A stretch of DNA of 64,000 nucleotides from Neocallimastix sp. 'constans' (taxonomy: Eukaryota): assembly GCA_050613775.1 (NCBI GenBank), contig JBODTK010000010.1:248001-312000 (forward strand), written 5' to 3'. The notes beneath the pieces were generated by a model, which was given only the letters and a program-made list of their open reading frames with translations, had not been told where the DNA came from and did no database searches. Both the position numbers and the translations under genes were made by a program. This document shows, piece after piece, positions 14,007 to 26,360 of the stretch. Within the stretch, counting starts at the first letter, position 1. The number at the start of each line of letters is the position of its first letter.

Positions 14007-14707
14007 AATAATAATTTAAATTGTTATATTATAATTTAAGAATATTAAAAAAGATTTCATATAATATATATTTTAGAAAAAAAAAAAAAAAACAAAACAA
14101 GATAAAAATAAAATAAAAAAAAATTGTTGAAATTAACCTTTTAATAAAAACATTCTTCAATTTTTTTTTTATTTATTGTTATTAATATTTGTTGATATAA
14201 TTTATTTATAAAATCAAACATTAAAAATAGCTATAAACATAAAAGCAAGTTCATATATATATATATTTATATTGAATTTTTATTAATTAATTAAATTAAC
14301 CTTTTATTTCTTTTTATATATTTTATAAATAAATAATTAAAATATTAATATCATCAATATAAAATTTAAATTATAAAATTAAATCTTATAATAATATTAT
14401 AAAAATAATAACAGGATTTTTTAAAATATATAATTTCAAAGTTAAAATGATAGATATTTTTAATAAAATATTTTAAAAATTTCATTTTTTTTTTTTTTTT
14501 TTTTTTTAAAAAAACAAAACAAAATCAAACAAAACAAAAAAAAAAAAAAAAAAGAAAAATTAAAAAAACAGATAAAATAAAATAAAAATAAAGAAAAAAA
14601 AAAGGAGAAACATAAAGCAAATAAAAAGTTTTCAAAAAAATTTACATTGAAAAAATATTATATATATATATAAACAATAAATTGTATTGAAGAAAGAAAA
14701 AAAAAAA

Positions 14708-17700
14708 ATGTCAAAAGAAATTCAAGAATATCATGAAGATTCCGAGGAACAATTGAAATTAAATAAAAAACTTATCATTTTATTACTTCAAAATAAAAGT
14801 GAAGAAGAAATTGTAAATTTTATAAAGAAATCTGGAGTGAATATTAATTACTTTACTAATGAATTTAATCCGTTATTTCAAGTGATTGAATTTAATAAAA
14901 AAAGTAATGAAAAAATAATTTATAAATTACTTAAAATATTAATAAACTATGATGCTGATTTAAATATAGTATGGAGAAATGGAAAAATTCCATTATTTGA
15001 AATTTTAAAATTGGAAATTAATTTGAAAATTTTAAAACTAGCTTATAATCATGGTACAAATATGTTCCAAATTGATAATGAAGGAAGAAATTTATTAATG
15101 TATGCCTTAGAATGTAGAACTGATATAAAAGTTATAAAGTTTTTGTTTTCATTAAATTATAAAATGAGTCAACAAGATAAAAATGGAAATACTATTTATA
15201 TGTATGCTACTATTTACTATAATGCTAATACCTATAATAGGGTACTTCCTTATCTTTTAAAAAACTTTAGATATAATACAAATATTATTATTACCCTTAT
15301 TTTAATGGGTAAGCATAGAAGAGCAGTTAAAACTAATGAAATACTTGAAATTATTAAAAGTAATAATCAATTAATTAATGTAAAAAATAATGATGGTGAT
15401 ACTGCTCTTTTTATTGCTATTAGAACTCATCGCCAAAGGAAAATCCTATCTTTTCTTATTCAATTGGGTTCTCGACTTGATGAAGCCGATAAAATTGGCT
15501 CCTCTCCTTTAATGATTGCTGCTGAAACAAAGAATTATAAAGCTTTTCGATTTCTTTTAGATTTTCATCCAGATTTAAATTTCAAAAATAGAAATAATGA
15601 TACACCTTTAATTTTGGCTGCGAAAAGTAATGATACAAATATGGTAAAATTATTGCTAAGGTTTAGAGAAGTTGATGCAGCTGATACCGTAATTGGTAAA
15701 AAGAAAAAATTCAATTTTTTTAATTTTACTGAAAGATATTTAGTAAATTCTGGTGAAAGTTCTTCTTCACTTGATGCTTTAATTGACAAAGATAATGATT
15801 CCTATAGTATTGATGAAAGTGAATTAGATAATTTGAAGACTTTAAAAGTGAATGAACAAAATAACGATGGAGATTCTGCATTTTCCATTGCTGTAAAAAA
15901 TAATAATCATGAAATGATTTATAATTTGGCTATAAATGGTGCTGATACTAATGTTATAAATAATAAAAAAGAAACTCCTTTATTCATTGCATTACAATCA
16001 AATAATGAAAAAACAATATCTCTACTCCTTAGTCTTCAAGATGATATAAATCATTTAGATATTAATCATGAAACACCTTTAATTATTACATTGAAGGCAC
16101 ATAATTATTCAATCGCAAAAAAACTTTTAATGAAAGACGCAGATATTACTATAAGAGATAATGATTTCAAAACTCCATTAATGATAGCTGCATGCGATAA
16201 AAATGGAGGTGAAATTATTGAACAAATTTTAAATAATCAAATGAATAATAATACATTGCATTTTAAAGATAAAGATGGTAAAACAGCTTTATTATTAGCC
16301 ATTAAACATAATTGTATTAATAATGTTAAGATATTATTAAAAGAATATTACAGAAATGAGGTTACTACAGAGTTAGATAATAAAATGAATAATGCTTTAA
16401 TTATTGCCTGTAAAACTGGTAATCTTGAAATTGTAAATTATATTCTTGATTCAAATAATGGATTTGAAATTGATGTCAACAGTCGAAATATTCATTTGAA
16501 TACAGCATTAATGAAGGCTAGTAAAAAAGGTTATGTAAATATTGTAAGTAGTCTGATTAATTATGGTGCAAAAGTAGACCTTGCTAATGAAAAGGGAAAT
16601 ACTGCTTTAATTATTGCCTGTTATAATAATCAAATCAATGTAATTAAAAAATTAACAGAATATCAGGCAGATATTGAATGGCATAATAAAGAAGGTATAA
16701 CCCCCTTAATTGCCTCACTTCAAAAGAATAGTTATGAATGTGTAAAATTTTTTATTGACAATTTTAAACCTAAGCTTAACTACCACGAATCTCCTATGAA
16801 AGAAAAAATGGAAGATTGCTTTATTGATTGTGTTGAAAAGGGTTATTATGATTTAATTAAGATTTTACTGGATGAAGGTATAATTATAGATATATCTAAT
16901 AAAAATAATACTTTTTACAGATTACTGGCTGCATTAATTGTAGCAACTAATAATGCTCGATGTAAGGTTATAGCTGAAATCTTTAGTCATAAACAATTTA
17001 TGGAAGTCTTGGTGGAGTTCCGTAAAACCCAAGTATTAATTCAATCGTGTCGAAGAATGAAGAAAAAAATGGTTGAACTATTGTTAAGTTTAAATGTTGA
17101 TGTTAATATCATCGACGAACATGGTAATACGGCGTTAATTGAGGCTTCTAAGTGTGCCTATCTTACAAGTTGTGTTAAAGAAATTATTAAAAGACATGCA
17201 AATTTAAATGTCATCAATGATGAAGGAACTTCAGCACTTTTAAATAGTTGCAAGGTTAGAGATGATAAAAGCTTTAAATATTTAGTCGATCATAAAGCCA
17301 ATATTTATATTTCTGATCATGATGGTAACAATGCATTAATGTATGCTTGTCTCTACGGTGAGTTAGATAAAATTAAATATTTAGTTAAAAAGCGTGTCAA
17401 TATTGATGCCGTCAATAATAATGGTAATACTGCCTTGATGTTAGCTGTGAGATTTGCTAGATTAAATATTGTTAAATATTTAATTAAACATAAAGCCAAT
17501 GTAAATATCTTAAATAAGAAAGGTCAAAATGCGCTCATTGTCGGGATTTTAAAGGCATATCTGGAAGATAAGATTGTGGATTTTACTTATGTTTCCATTA
17601 TTAAATTTTTAATTGAAAAGAAATCAGATATCAATGTTCCTATAGATTCTATTGGAAATACAATTCTTATGTTTTTCATTATGAATAATGACTATGATAT

Positions 17701-18514
17701 GATAAAATATATATTTGAATATTCCAAAAATGTTAATATTAATCAAAAGAATCATTTAGGTCATAATGCATTTACTTATGCATTGAAATGTAATGATAGT
17801 CAAATCATAGACTATTTAATTCAAAAAGGTGTTGATATTCATGTTGAAGATGATTACGGTAATGATATGATTATGTATACCGCATGTAGCTTAAAGCCCG
17901 ATTACTTTAAAAAATTTATTAAAATGGTAGATAAAACAAATATTAATAAATGTAATCATGCCAGAGAAACATATTTAATTATGGCAACAAAAATGAATAA
18001 TGAAAAAGTTATTAATGTTCTTTTGGAAAGAGAAGCCGATCCTAATTTACAGGATGCTGAAGGTAATACGGCACTTCATTATGCTGCTTTCAAAGGAAAT
18101 AAAGCCATTATTGAAGCATTAGTTAAGTATAAGGCAAATATGGAAATTCAAAATTCTAATCATGAAACTCCCATAATGGTAGCTTGTCGTTACCAAAAAA
18201 ATGATGCCGTAAAATTATTATTAACTTTAGGAGCAAGTACTCTTTTTGTCGATAACTATATCTATGATGAAATGAAGACCCTTGATTTTAGAGAAGATCA
18301 AGATCATCATGTAGAGTTAATGATTGAAAATTATGGAAAAATATCAAATATTGTTTCTGATGATTATCTTTCCACAAAAACATTAATAGGACGTATGAAA
18401 ATGTATTATAATACAGCCAAATTTAAGGATCGTTTCCAAGGTATAGAGGAATATATTGTAGATGGTATGGAAGAATTTGCTGAATTTATTTTTGATGCAG
18501 TTGTTGGAAATTAA
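14708..18514 (+). CDS. Large intronless ankyrin-repeat protein (~1268 aa)
   Basis: Single ORF with first ATG at 14708. Many ankyrin units (GDTALFIA, GNTALIIAC, GNTALMLA, GNTALHYAA, ETPIMVAC). No other domain recognised. Confidence 0.92.
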   Translation: MSKEIQEYHEDSEEQLKLNKKLIILLLQNKSEEEIVNFIKKSGVNINYFTNEFNPLFQVIEFNKKSNEKIIYKLLKILINYDADLNIVWRNGKIPLFEILKLEINLKILKLAYNHGTNMFQIDNEGRNLLMYALECRTDIKVIKFLFSLNYKMSQQDKNGNTIYMYATIYYNANTYNRVLPYLLKNFRYNTNIIITLILMGKHRRAVKTNEILEIIKSNNQLINVKNNDGDTALFIAIRTHRQRKILSFLIQLGSRLDEADKIGSSPLMIAAETKNYKAFRFLLDFHPDLNFKNRNNDTPLILAAKSNDTNMVKLLLRFREVDAADTVIGKKKKFNFFNFTERYLVNSGESSSSLDALIDKDNDSYSIDESELDNLKTLKVNEQNNDGDSAFSIAVKNNNHEMIYNLAINGADTNVINNKKETPLFIALQSNNEKTISLLLSLQDDINHLDINHETPLIITLKAHNYSIAKKLLMKDADITIRDNDFKTPLMIAACDKNGGEIIEQILNNQMNNNTLHFKDKDGKTALLLAIKHNCINNVKILLKEYYRNEVTTELDNKMNNALIIACKTGNLEIVNYILDSNNGFEIDVNSRNIHLNTALMKASKKGYVNIVSSLINYGAKVDLANEKGNTALIIACYNNQINVIKKLTEYQADIEWHNKEGITPLIASLQKNSYECVKFFIDNFKPKLNYHESPMKEKMEDCFIDCVEKGYYDLIKILLDEGIIIDISNKNNTFYRLLAALIVATNNARCKVIAEIFSHKQFMEVLVEFRKTQVLIQSCRRMKKKMVELLLSLNVDVNIIDEHGNTALIEASKCAYLTSCVKEIIKRHANLNVINDEGTSALLNSCKVRDDKSFKYLVDHKANIYISDHDGNNALMYACLYGELDKIKYLVKKRVNIDAVNNNGNTALMLAVRFARLNIVKYLIKHKANVNILNKKGQNALIVGILKAYLEDKIVDFTYVSIIKFLIEKKSDINVPIDSIGNTILMFFIMNNDYDMIKYIFEYSKNVNINQKNHLGHNAFTYALKCNDSQIIDYLIQKGVDIHVEDDYGNDMIMYTACSLKPDYFKKFIKMVDKTNINKCNHARETYLIMATKMNNEKVINVLLEREADPNLQDAEGNTALHYAAFKGNKAIIEALVKYKANMEIQNSNHETPIMVACRYQKNDAVKLLLTLGASTLFVDNYIYDEMKTLDFREDQDHHVELMIENYGKISNIVSDDYLSTKTLIGRMKMYYNTAKFKDRFQGIEEYIVDGMEEFAEFIFDAVVGN

Positions 18515-19639
18515 AATGATTATAAATATCAATATATATAATTATCTTATCATTTATCTATTTATATATAATTATTCTTTTTAATTTTTTTTTTCTTTAA
18601 TGCTTTGTTGTTAACAATAACAATAACAATCACAATCACAATAACAATAATAAATAAATAATAAAATTAAAGCTAGATTTATAAATATATAATATAATAT
18701 AATATAATATATAATATATATAATTATATTAAACAATTTATTTATAAATAATATATAAAATATATACTAATTAATATAAAAATATATATAATTTTTAAAA
18801 ATATATAATATAAACTATAATAAAATTAAAAAAAATATATATAAAATATGAAATAAAAATTTAATATTTTTAAAATTTTAAAATTGACAGAATAACATAT
18901 AAAAAATATAAATAATATGTAATATAATAAAGTAATAATAATATTACTATAAATAAAATAAAATGAAATAAAATAAAATGAAATAAAATAATAAAAATAA
19001 AAAAAAAAATAAAAAATAAAAAAAAAAAATAAAAAATAAAAAATAAAATAAAAAAAAAAAAAATAAAACTGAACTAAAAGAAAATAAAATAGAAATAATA
19101 TACAAATAATATAAAAAATAATATGAAATAATATATAATAAAATACAATAAAATTAAAAAAAATAAAATAAAATAAAAAACATAAAACAAAAAATAAAAA
19201 TCGAACTGAATATATATATATATATATATTTTTTTTTTTTAATTTAAAACAAAAATAAAAAGAAAATAGATAATATATATATATGTATTGCTATAAATAT
19301 TTTTTTTAATTGAAAACAAAAAAAAAAAAAAAAAAAAAAAAAGATAATGTATATATGTAAGTATTATTATAAATATTTTTTTTATTATATTAATAATATT
19401 TTCTTTATGAAGTAAAAACTTTTTATTAATAAGAAAAATTTATAAAATTTATAAATTATATATATAATAATTCTTATAAATATATCTATAAATATAATTT
19501 ATAATAAAACAAATATAATAATATATATATATATATATATATTAGATATTAGATATTATAACAATTTTGTATTTATTTGCAGTTTAAAATTTATAAAATT
19601 TTTATCAATTATTCTTATTCTTATTCTTATTCTTTTTCT

Positions 19640-19660
19640 CTTCTTCTTCTTCTTCTTCTT

Positions 19661-19759
<99 letters not shown>
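19640..19759. repeat. Compound microsatellite (CTT)n-(ATT)n
   Basis: Directly visible perfect trinucleotide runs; source of the spurious poly-L/poly-I ORF. Confidence 0.95.
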
Positions 19760-20574
19760 GAATGAATATTATTATAAGTTTTTCTAATCAAATTTTCATT
19801 AAAAGATTATGGAAAATAATTCATATTTAGTTTTTTTGAAATATATTAATATATTTTTAATTCCAAAAAGACAAGTCATTTTTTTTCTAAAAAAAATTCA
19901 TTATATTTTAGTAATTTTTATGAGATGCTTTGTTCTTCTTCATCAAATTGTTTAGAGTACTTTTTAAAGTTGTGCAATATGTTTTTTAAAATTTTTTTCA
20001 TATCCACTGGAAAAAGAATTTTCTTTTTTTTTTTTGTTTTATTCTTAATTCATACTCAAAGTTTATTAAAATTTATTTTATGGAATATGTATTTAAAAAT
20101 TTTTATCAAATATATATTAATATGGATAATTCATATATAATTTAATCAAAAAGATATAAATAAAAAAAACAAAGAAAATATAAAAAAAAAACAAAGAAAA
20201 TAAATAAATAAATATTGTTTTTTTTGTTTTTTATTAATACAATATGCATATTTTAAAAAACATTAAATATTTCATTTCTTTAATTATTATTATTATTATT
20301 ATTACTATTATTATTACTATTTTTTTTTTTTTTTTTTTTTTTTAATTATTTTACAGAAAATAAAAAATAAGCATAATGATTAAATTTAATATTAGATATA
20401 ATATTAATTTTATCTATTAACCATATATATATATTTTATAGCTTCATTAAATTATCAAATGTTTATTCCACAAAGGAATATATTAATAAAATTTTTTTTT
20501 AAACGTATTAAATAATTTTTATAAAATTATTTTTTTTATATATTAAAAAATTATTATAAAAAGAAAGATAATTT

Positions 20575-20605
<31 letters not shown>

Positions 20606-20738
20606 ATTTTTCAGTTTTAATATTTATTTTAATTTTTATAAAAATAAATAAATTTTTATAAAATTATTATTAATATAATTAAAAAAAATCTAAATATTTC
20701 TAAACTAATTTGAATGATATCAATTTGAAAAAAAAAAA

Positions 20739-22224
20739 ATGAAATTTATTTATTATTCTTCCATTTTAGCATTAACAATTATCAAATATTCAAATGCTGC
20801 ATGTGCAGGTCCATATGCTCAATGTGAAGGGTAATTATTATTAAATATATATATATATATTAAATATAAATTATATTAGAATCAAACTTTATTTTTTTTT
20901 AAAAAAAATAAATGAATATAACATTATTAATAAATATAAAATATTAAAATAATAAAAAATAGTGTTGGTTTTTCTGGAGAAAATTGCTGCCAGGAAGGTT
21001 ATAAATGTTCAGAAACAAATGAATGGTATTCACAATGTGTTCCTGATGTAACAATACCGGAAAGTTCTGCTACTTCTTCAGATGGCAATTTCTACAATTC
21101 TAATGATAATAAAAACTATTATAATGATGAAAATAGTAATTATTATAATAATGAAATTAATAATAATTATTATAATGAAAATAATAATATTCAAAGTAGT
21201 AATGCTACTAGTTTTGATATTCAGGTTGATCCAAAGAATTTCTTCCAAAATGAAATATATGCTAATCCAAGATTTATTGAAGAAGTTGAATCTTCAATTC
21301 CAAAATTAAGTGAAAATTTAAAAAGTAAAAGCTGAATTAGTTAAGGATGTTCCAACTGCTGTATGGTTAGCTTGGGAAGGTGCTCCAGGAGAAGTTGCTC
21401 ATCATTTAGAAGCTGCTGGTTCTAAAACTGTTGTTTTCATTCTTTACATGATTTCAACTCGTGATTGTAATAGTTTAGCTTCAGCTGGTGGTGCTTCAAG
21501 TCTTGAAACTTATAAGGGATATGTTGATGATATTTCTAATACTATCAGTCAATATCCAAATACAAAGGTAGTAATGGTTGTTGAACCAGATACTCTTGGT
21601 AATCTTGTTACTGGTAGTAGTGAAGCTTGTAAAACTGTTCACACCTTACATAAGAATGCTTTATCTTATGCTGTTGATGTTTTCGGAAATATGGAAAATG
21701 ATAGTGTATATCTTGATGCAGCTCATGGAAAATGGTTATCAGGAGTTGCTGATAAAGCAGCTAAAGTTATTAAAGAAGTTTTAGATAATGCACCAAATGG
21801 CAAAATTCGTGGTTTAAGTACAAATATTTCTAATTATCAATCAGTCTATTCTGAATATAAATATCATGAAAAACTTAATGGAGAACTTGAAAAACTTGGA
21901 ATTACTGGAATGAGATTCATTGTTGATACAGGACGTAATGGAGTTGATATTACTGAAACATTCAATATTAATCAAACATGGTGTATCTTTATTGGTACAG
22001 GATTTGGTGAACGTCCAAAAGGTAATCCAGATCCAATCAATATGCCATTATTAGATGCTTATATGTGACTTAAGACTCCAGGAGAAGCTGATGGTTCCGA
22101 TACAGGTTCAAGAGCTGATCCAGTTTGTGTTCGTGATGATTCACTTCCAGGATCACCAGATGCAGGTCAATGGTTCCATGACTATTTCGTTCAATTATTA
22201 GAAAATGCCGAACCATCATTTTAA
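20739..22224 (+). pseudogene. CBM1 + GH6 cellobiohydrolase gene, disrupted by one frameshift and one premature stop
   Basis: Signal peptide MKFIYYSSILAL. CBM1 (CAGPYAQCEG|VGFSGENCCQEGYKCSETNEWYSQCVP) split by intron 20831-20962, then an Asn/Tyr-rich linker. GH6 motifs PTAVWLAW, TRDC, VVEPDTLGN, YLDAAHGKWL, DTGRNG, KTPGEADG, AGQWFHDYF. Extra A at ~21320-21324; TGA at 22066-22068 where Trp is expected. Confidence 0.9.
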
Positions 22225-22231
22225 GTTTTAT

Positions 22232-22497
22232 TTTTTCAATAAATATTTGTTAATAATATTATAATATAATCAAGCTCTTATTTTTTCCTTAACAATTGAA
22301 ACTGAATTAAAAAAAAAAAATTTTTTTTTCAATAAATATTTATTAATATTATGATAATATAATCAAGCTCTTATTTTTTCCTTAACAATTGAAACTGAAT
22401 TAAAAAAAAATATTTTTTTTTCAATATATAATTATTAATATTATGATAATATAATCAAACTCTTATTTTTCATTAATAATTGAAACTGAATTAAAAA
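22232..22497 (+). repeat. Three tandem copies of a ~90-bp unit just downstream of the GH6 stop
   Basis: TTTTTCAATAAATATT...ATAATCAAGCTCTTATTTTTTCCTTAACAATTGAAACTGAATTAAAAAA appears three times with few differences. Confidence 0.9.
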
Positions 22498-22910
22498 ATT
22501 AATATATAAAATTTAATAAAAATTAATTTTTTATTTATTCTTTATATATTAAATTTCAAATTATATTTATGAATCAAATATTATTAAAATATTTATCTTT
22601 TAACTATTAAAATATAAAATAAAATATTAAAAATAAAAATAAAAATAAAATATTAAATATAAAAATATAAAATATAATTTATAAAAAAGAGATAAAAATT
22701 TAAATAATATAAATTATACAATAAATATATATAATATCTAATTATAATTATACAATTTTAATTATTGAATAATTCACATAAAATATAAATATAAATATAC
22801 TTTAATAAATTATATAATTAATAAATAAAAAAAATAATATGAATAAATATATAATAAATAAATATAAAAGATAACATGAATATATATGTAGTATTATTAG
22901 TAAGTAGTTA

Positions 22911-23370
22911 TTACTCTCTCTCAAATGAGATTTTTATATAAAACATATTATTTGTAAATTTTAGTATTTTTGTATTATTTGAATCTTTTGTTAATATGTC
23001 AGCTAGCATTTTTTCTGTGGATAAATATTTTAAATTTATTCTTTTTGTTAATATTATATTTCTATTGAAATGGTATCTGACATCTATATGCTTTAATATT
23101 ATATTAGTTTCACTATTTTCCATTATACATTTAATTTCTTGATTGTCAGTATAGATCGTTATATTTAATTTCTTATTTAATATTTCTTAAAACGATGTTC
23201 CTTAACCATAGCACTTTTCTTGACACTTTCTGAAGTATAATATATTCAGCTTACATGATTGCTTTTTTAGATATTCGGAATATAGGACTTTTTCCCATCT
23301 GAAGTAGATTTTCTATCAGTCTTATCACCTGAAAAATTTGAGTCCATGTATTCAATTAACTCCCTTTCCA
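22911..23370 (-). mobile_element. Ty1/Copia retrotransposon relic (RNase H region)
   Basis: Minus-strand fragments YMDSNFSGDKTDRKSTS, SKKQ, IYTDN, KHIDVRYHF, TEKMLADILTK, with frameshifts. Ends in a degenerate polypurine-tract-like TTTGAGAGAGAG. Confidence 0.85.
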
Positions 23371-23959
23371 TCATATTTAATTTTATAATTTTTTTTGTAC
23401 TATTTTTAAATATTTTTAAATGTTAATTAATTATCGTGTTTATTATTATTATTATTATCATATATTATTTTTTATTTTTATTTATTTATTAATTATTATT
23501 TAATATTTAATATCTAATATTTAATATTTATTATTATAATTTTAAAAAAATTTCATATATCATTATTATTATTATCAATAATATAATAACTAATAATAAC
23601 TATCTAATAATAGAATTAATTAATTAGGCTATAACATTTATTATTAAAGTTATTTATTATGAAACTTTATTATGAAATAATAAATAAATAATTAATAAAT
23701 TAATTAATAACTGAATATATTGGTAATTAAATGTTTTTATTAAATAATTTTAAGTCTATATATAATAAAATAAATATATAATAAAAAATATATCATAATA
23801 AATATTTAATAATGACTGAATAATCATTAAAATATTAATATGCTAAAAACTTTAAAACATAAAAAAATATAATTTATAACCTAAATCTAAATTAATAATA
23901 TTTTTGTGTGTTTGAAGTTTATATCGTTGTTTGTGTAACGCTTAAACGAAATAAAATTA

Positions 23960-25180
23960 ATTATGAATATTTCATCTTCCAATTACACAAATAAACCTCT
24001 TCTTATATAGTTTGATGAAAAACAAGAAATGTTTGAAATGAACTGCCCTGCTAAATACAAAAAATTAAATTCATAATTCTTGTTATAAGGATACCTTTCA
24101 TATTAAAGATTACACTATTCTTTCTATGACATATGAAATTTTTGGTACTAAAGGATATTATATCAGTAATCCCAAATATGATGAAATTACTATAGATGGT
24201 GAGTAAAGAGGTGTATTATGTTTTAGCTGAGCAACAACAAAAAGCAGAGGGATGAATAACCTGTACTAAACCAAAGAAGACATATGAAGGTACTAATATT
24301 AGTTAGTTACTTGAACACGATAATTATGCCAATTGTGAAGTTGCTTTAAATAGAGTATTAATTAGATTTAATAACTAAGATCCATTATAGGTTATGATGG
24401 CGAAGGTGGTGTAGAAGGAGTTACCCAGAAGGTGGTATGGAAAAGGAATACATTACTATTAATAGTTATATTAACTCACAAGTTCAATATGAATTTATTG
24501 CTAATTATATTATTAAAGTTTATGATATTATGTATGAAGCTGCCTACAACAATAAAACTTTCGAATTCAAAGATGATTTCAATTTTATCATTGAAAATAA
24601 TGAACTTACCTCACAATAAGCTGTCGAAAAGGTTGTTGATGTCGAATTCTTAGCTCTTACTTATATTATTAATGAAATTGCTTGTAATGTTGATTTTTTT
24701 TTTCCTTAAGTTTCTATATGGAAGTTGATTTCAGTGTTGAAGGTTCAAAGGGATTTAAATTTGTGGCCTGATAAAATTTCGATTCGGCTATTGGTATTAA
24801 GGGTTATTGTAAAAATAGACAAGGTTTATTTGTTGGTAATTTAGTTCAAAACCTAATGGTGATCCAGAAAGTCAAATTAATTCATGGCTCTCTGTTTTAA
24901 TGTACCAAAATTTGTATCAAAGAACTCATTAGGAAGAAGTGGAATAAATACAATAAAAAGAGTGTCTTCTTCATCACTATTGATAATATCTATAAAAATG
25001 TTGAAAAATATGGAGAAGCTTTTGAATTAAGTCATAAGAGATAAGAATAATGATCAATATGTTAGGTATATTTCATTTGAAGTTATTCTAGAACTTTTAA
25101 GATTAAAAGCTCAAGCTGAACAAATTGAATTTGCTTCAGAATGGTTTAAAGAGATAGCTGAATTTTTAATTATGTAAATA
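23960..25180 (+). pseudogene. Degraded CotH-family kinase gene (intronless)
   Basis: Fragments IDGE*RGV..VLAEQQ, LLEHDNY, QYEFIANYIIKVYDIMYEAAYNNK, VVDVEFLALTYIINEIACNVD, FYMEVDF, NFDSAIG resemble CotH motifs (NGEYxGVY, Y-x-x-N-E...D, PWDFD-like). Many stops and frameshifts. Confidence 0.7.
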
Positions 25181-26069
25181 AATTATTATAGAATAATAAT
25201 TAAATATAAATTATTATATAATAAAATCAATTTTATATATATATATTTTAAAATTAAACTTCAATGTATTAAATATAATTTAATTGTGAATGTTGTGATG
25301 ATTTTTTTTTAAAGTATTTTATATATATATATATACATTTTTTTTTTATTTTTAATAATTATAATTAAGATTGCTTTATAAATATTAACAAATTATTTAT
25401 CAAATTTTTAATACAAAAAAAAATTTTTTTTATAGAATTTGAGGAAAAAAAAAAAAAAGAATTTTTAATATATATATAAAATAATGAAGACATTTATTAT
25501 TTCCTGAACATTAAATATAAATAAATATATATATATATATATATTTTAATTTTAAATTCTTAATTTTTTATTATTTAATTATTATTAATATTAATATTTT
25601 AATTTTTAACTTTTTATTATTATTAGTATTTTATATATTTTTATTATAATTATTATTATTATTATTATTCTGCTTATAATTATTATTTACTATAATTACA
25701 GTTATTTAAACATTAATAGATGATACTAAAAAATATTTATATATATGATTATATATTTTTAAAAAATTAATAAATATATACATTTAATAATAGTTAATAC
25801 TAAAAAAAAGTTTGAGTATTTTTTTTAAAAGATTAAAAATTAAATATAAAAAAAAAAAAAATTAAAATACTGTATTGGTTAAAAAATTTAATCAAATTAA
25901 TTTAGGTTGTGCTACGACAGACATGTAAGAATTATTAGTAAATTAACAAGAATATAAAAATATTAAAAAATAGCAAATTTTCTTAGTAAACAAAGATTTT
26001 TACAATACTTTGTTTAGGGGGGGAATGATAGTATTTTTGGTTAATTAATATTTTTATTTTATTACAATT

Positions 26070-26360
26070 TTTATTATAATTTTAAATATTAAATAATTTA
26101 TTATATATAATTAGGATATATTATATATTAATATATAGTTTATATAGTTTATGAATAATGTTTTAAAAATTTTTTATTTTTATAAGCCTCTTTTATATAG
26201 TTAATATGAAAATATGTATTTAATGTATTAAAATATATATGATCCATCATATGTATTTTGAATGTATAAATATCATAAAATTATATAATTCTTAAAAAAT
26301 TAGCCTTTTGCTTCAAAATAAATTAAGTTAGTAAATAAACAAATATTGAAATTTTTATCA
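26070..26360. repeat. Dispersed repeat, second copy of ~10085-10362
   Basis: Shared blocks in the same order: AATATATAGTTTATA, CTCTTTTATATAGTTAA, ATGATCCATCA-ATGTATTTTGAA-GTATAAATATCAT, TTTTGCTTCAAA, GTTAGTAAA, CAAATATTGAAATTTTTATCA. Confidence 0.85.

Noticed and set aside
22066..22068. In-frame TGA in GH6 as selenocysteine or TGA=Trp recoding
   Set aside because: Other Trp codons in the gene are TGG, the gene has additional lesions, and no SECIS-like structure was seen.
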